Positions 63,386-64,000 of a stretch of DNA of 64,000 nt are shown in pieces. A program made the translations under genes and the position numbers. Each line of letters starts with the position of its first letter. Position 1 is the first letter of the stretch. The DNA is from Okamejei kenojei. Lineage: Eukaryota. Below the pieces are notes generated by a model. The model was not told the DNA's origin. It did not search any database and saw only the letters and a program-made list of their open reading frames with translations. The stretch spans positions 45,260,001 through 45,324,000 of the forward strand of contig CM069147.1 of assembly GCA_035221665.1 (NCBI GenBank), read 5' to 3'.

Positions 63386-64000
63386 GATGCCCATGGAACA
63401 TTGTTTGTTCACTAATGTTCTCTAACAAACCTCTGAGGCCTTCACAGAACAGCTGTATTTATACTGAGATTAGATTACACACAAGTGGACTCTATTTACT
63501 AATTAGGTGACTTCTGAAGGCAATTGGTTGCACTGGATTTTATTTAGGGGTATCAGAGTAAAGGGGGCTGAATACCTTTGTACGCCACACTTTTCAGTTT
63601 TGTATTTGTAAAAAGATTTGAAAACCATGTATCATTTTCCTTCCACTTCACAATTATGCGGCACTTTGTCTATCACACAAAATCCTAATAAAATACATTT
63701 ACGTTTGTGGTTATAACGTGACAAAATGTGGAAAAGTTCAAGGGGTATGAATACTATTGCAAGCCACTGTACATTGGGTTTAACATAAGAGGGAAAAGAA
63801 TTAAAAAGGACCTGACAGCTAGGTTTTTCACACAGAGGGTGATGCGGATATGGACCAAGCTGTCAGAGAAAGTGATAGAGGTGGATACAATTACAACATT
63901 TAAAAGACACTGAACAGGTATATGGATAGGAAAGAATTGGAGGGATATGGGCCAGGGAAAAGGCAAGTGAGATCAGCTTGACAAAGCAACTTAGTCAGCT

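Larger units (their letters stand above)
61996..63769 (-). mobile_element. Full-length decayed Tc1/mariner transposon, IR/DR type, Passport-like
   Basis: About 210-225-bp terminal inverted repeats cagtggcttgcaa..gtattcata / tatgaatactattgcaagccactg with inner repeats at about 62183-62203 and 63563-63583; TA on the right flank, CA on the left. Confidence 0.95.
60600..64000 (+). mobile_element. Old decayed CR1-type LINE hosting nested insertions
   Basis: RT remnants (SQHGSIKRYSCLTHLLEFF, ttccagaaggcatctaataaagtcccaca) and 3' end FFTQRVMRIWTKLSEKVIE at 63775-64000. Confidence 0.7.

Noticed and set aside
134-63966. Most ORFs in the supplied track as genes
   Set aside because: They are short, often start at non-ATG codons, lack recognisable domains, or are antisense or frame by-products of repeats. 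This is eukaryotic intronic DNA.

Overview
Vertebrate, repeat-rich, almost entirely intronic DNA. The repeat content (HE1-type SINEs, HER1/CR1 LINE tails) points to a cartilaginous fish, probably a skate or ray; this is an inference. The only convincing host coding sequence is one 108-nt phase-1/phase-1 exon at 23442-23549 (+). It resembles the acidic linker exon of ZFHX3/ATBF1, so the window is probably two large introns of that gene with several candidate conserved non-coding elements. Mobile DNA includes a decayed full-length Passport-like Tc1 transposon, four PIF/Harbinger-type MITEs, L1, CR1, Rex1/L2 fragments and a TSD-flanked bipartite RTE-derived element. The most striking signal is about 15 copies of a Penelope-like (GIY-YIG) 3' module that carries a minimal hammerhead-ribozyme core (CUGAAGA-A-GGGU-CUCG-ACCC-GAAA-C-GUC). 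Several copies are short TSD-flanked non-coding insertions, and several are head-to-head palindromes with a hammerhead on each strand. Other oddities are a 54-bp long-range inverted repeat, a foldback element, a templated 170-bp copy inserted into a LINE tail, a 501-bp tandem duplication and a candidate 18-nt in-frame microexon. All family assignments come from motif recognition, not database searches, and ends of degenerate repeats are approximate.
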